Of a stretch of DNA of 64,000 nt, positions 61,688 to 64,000 are shown one piece after another. Made by a program: the position numbers and the translations under genes. How positions within the stretch are numbered: the stretch's first letter is position 1; every line of letters begins with the position of its first letter. The notes beneath the pieces are model-generated. The model was not told the origin of the DNA, did not search any database, and saw nothing but the letters and a program-made list of their open reading frames with translations. Location of the stretch: positions 23,830,015-23,894,014 of the forward strand of contig OZ316893.1 of NCBI GenBank assembly GCA_973895155.1, given 5' to 3'. The stretch is from Marsupella aquatica. Its lineage: Eukaryota; Plantae; Marchantiophyta.

Positions 61688-63078
61688 TAATTTGCCTCAA
61701 TCTGGTGTTGCAAGTCATTGTGGCTAAAGTCATACAATCACAGCAAGCTGCTTTGGTTACAGCAACAAACACAATGCATCTATTTAATTGCCTCATTGGG
61801 GACCGACGGCTTTTGCGATTGCATCCTAGATCCATTTGGAGGTTGGACCGTGAATCTCCATTTGTGGATAGAACATTGTTGGCTTCTCATACTGAAAAAG
61901 AGTCCACAAGAAGGTTACGTATCAAGCCTTCCACATTTTTTTACCTCTGTTCTCTAGTTGCCCCAGACATGCAGAAGTCAAAAAAAGGTGGAGCTATTCC
62001 ATTGGAAAAGAGGGTTGCTTTATCATTGAACAGACTAGGTACAGGTAACTACTTGCTTGGTTGTGCTGACCTGTTTGGAATGAGCGAAAGCTTGGCCTGT
62101 ATTGTTGTGAGACAATTCTGTCAAGCCGTTTTGAAATACATTCGTCCACTTGTGGTTCCGAAATGGACTTCAAAATCTCTGAAAAATTTAGCAGCCCAGT
62201 TTGAAGCTAAGCATGGGTTGCCTTTTATTATGGGAGCCATAGATGGCTCTCATATTCCCATCATTGCCCCTGAGGGGGATCCGGCACCTTTCTATAACAG
62301 AAAGGGATTTTATTCTGTCCTCTTGCAAGGCATTGTGGACACGGAAACAACATTTTGGGATTGGGACTTTGGATGGGCGGGTTCTCTACATGACTACACC
62401 TTATTTGTAAACTCAGTGATGGGAAGGAAAACTATTAGGGGAGATTTCCGTCCATATAAACTCATAGGTGATGCTGCATATCCCATCCGAACTTGTATGC
62501 ATATTCCTTTTAAAGGAACAAAAGAACAACTTGAGCCTTTCAAAGCACATTGGAATTTCATCCAGAGTTCTACCAGAATGTGTGTAGAACGGGCATTTGG
62601 AATTTTGAAAGGCAGGTGGCGGATTCTCTTGAGACGCATAGAAATGAAGATTGATCATGTTGCTGACGTGGTCGGAGCATGTATATGTCTGCATAACTTA
62701 TGTATTATGCACAAGGATTTCGGAGATGAGCAGCTCGTAGCAAATGCAAAATTGTGGCTGAAGGAGCAATGCCTTGCAAGTTTTGGGGATTTAAGACAAG
62801 CTGGGACTATGAAAATGTATGATTATGCACAGGTTGAGGTGAATCGAGCTACAATTGATATGGAAGAGTTCATACGTACAGTTGGATTACCAGACGACAA
62901 TGACAATGCTGTGATTGAACTTGCCAATGAAAACTCTGTTCAAGCTTTGAAGAGAGGGGTCACAATGCATGTGGAGCTGGCCAAGACATTGTTTCACCGA
63001 CACTTGCGTGAACAGGTTGAATTACCCGAAGGTGTCTTTGATGATGACACAGACTCTCCGAGCGATGCTGATGAATGA
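61651..63078 (+). CDS. PIF/Harbinger transposase (DDE_Tnp_4 / HARBI1-like)
   Basis: Uninterrupted ORF with IPLEKRVAL.L.RLGTG HTH region, GAIDGSHIPI, YNRKGFYS, GSLHD, LIGDAAYP, RMCVERAFGILKGRWRIL, CICLHNLC. Confidence 0.93.
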   Translation: MQPDRRRTKILVIICLNLVLQVIVAKVIQSQQAALVTATNTMHLFNCLIGDRRLLRLHPRSIWRLDRESPFVDRTLLASHTEKESTRRLRIKPSTFFYLCSLVAPDMQKSKKGGAIPLEKRVALSLNRLGTGNYLLGCADLFGMSESLACIVVRQFCQAVLKYIRPLVVPKWTSKSLKNLAAQFEAKHGLPFIMGAIDGSHIPIIAPEGDPAPFYNRKGFYSVLLQGIVDTETTFWDWDFGWAGSLHDYTLFVNSVMGRKTIRGDFRPYKLIGDAAYPIRTCMHIPFKGTKEQLEPFKAHWNFIQSSTRMCVERAFGILKGRWRILLRRIEMKIDHVADVVGACICLHNLCIMHKDFGDEQLVANAKLWLKEQCLASFGDLRQAGTMKMYDYAQVEVNRATIDMEEFIRTVGLPDDNDNAVIELANENSVQALKRGVTMHVELAKTLFHRHLREQVELPEGVFDDDTDSPSDADE

Positions 63079-64000
63079 TTCTAGTAATTTTTAAAATTCT
63101 GTTAGGTCAATTCCCTACGTCCATTGAAGCCATTGTTGTTAGGTCTAGCATTCTGTGAACTGGAAATTTTCGTCCACATAAATGCTGACTTTTTCTATTA
63201 CTCAATCTGTGCAATCGTCTTCTTTCAGAAATTGTGCAAGGAACTCAAATCTCAGTCGAAATGCACAGCATGAATCACAGAAAGCTGAAATTGAAAAGGT
63301 CTTGAAAGGCTCCCATTCTCAAAGTCGAAATTGAGAAGACAAAATGCAGTCCTGATGAGCTCCAATTCTTAAAGTTGAAATTGACAAAAGCAATCTATTC
63401 TCAAAGTCGAAGTTGGAATTGAAATCAATTTCTGGGCTATGGATTGATTTTGCCTATGCTTTGCTATTGCAATTTAAGTAGACAATTTTGCTTGAATGAA
63501 TTTCGCTGATAGTTATACATGTGGAAAGCAAAACGCAGTTCTGAAAATCACCAGTTCAGCAAGTCGAAATTGACAGGGAAAAATCCATTCAAACATGAAA
63601 TTGAAGTTCATATACAGTTCAGAACAGAAATGAGTAAATTCTCACCCGTTCTGTACACATTGTGCAATTCTAGAACAAAAAAGAATGATTAAACTACCAA
63701 AAAGTGAGAGCTTCCAGGAGTCGACCTTTTTTATATTGAATGCCCAATTTCAAGGAACTCACTTGTCCGTAGAATGAAACCTATTAAGCAATTCAAGAGG
63801 ATAGTACAACTCAGTGGGCCGTTTATAGTATTTAAAATATTCTAGGGGGACACCATCATAGCTCACTTCTATAACAGAAGGTTGAGGGACAAAGCATCGC
63901 CTAGGCGCCCACTCATCTGCAACCACATTTACAGTTTGTCAATGAGCCTTGAAATTTCGGATTTGAGCTCTTTGAGAACACCAGTGGTCTCACGAATGTC

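Overview
Eukaryotic DNA, most likely a land-plant genome (GT-AG introns, AAACCCT telo-box tracts, CACTA/Gypsy/Harbinger elements; a seed-free plant is suspected but not proven). No host gene is recognisable. About 46 kb (4521-51013) is a five-level nest resolved from termini and target-site duplications (TSDs): CACTA (4521-51013, TSD AGT) > P-like DNA transposon (11112-43218, TSD ATTAACC) > Gypsy A (13574-~42033) > Sola-like cargo transposon (17842-~37060) > Gypsy B (25548-34631, TSD GCGG). A 4.7-kb solo LTR of Gypsy A (46042-50716, TSD TAATA) also lies in the CACTA. Main finding: the Sola-like element carries a spliced ~1050-aa gene fusing a ParB-like domain to a bacterial-type beta-class N4C/N6A DNA methyltransferase, plus two F-box-like ORFs. 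It is also marked by 17 copies of a 14-bp palindrome (consensus CGATAAATTTATCG) found only in its introns and spacers. Second finding: the Gypsy A LTR itself encodes a ~1210-aa protein. The flanks hold a decayed RLE-type non-LTR retrotransposon, a TA-flanked MITE and an uninterrupted Harbinger transposase ORF. All family calls come from reading motifs by eye; no searches were run.
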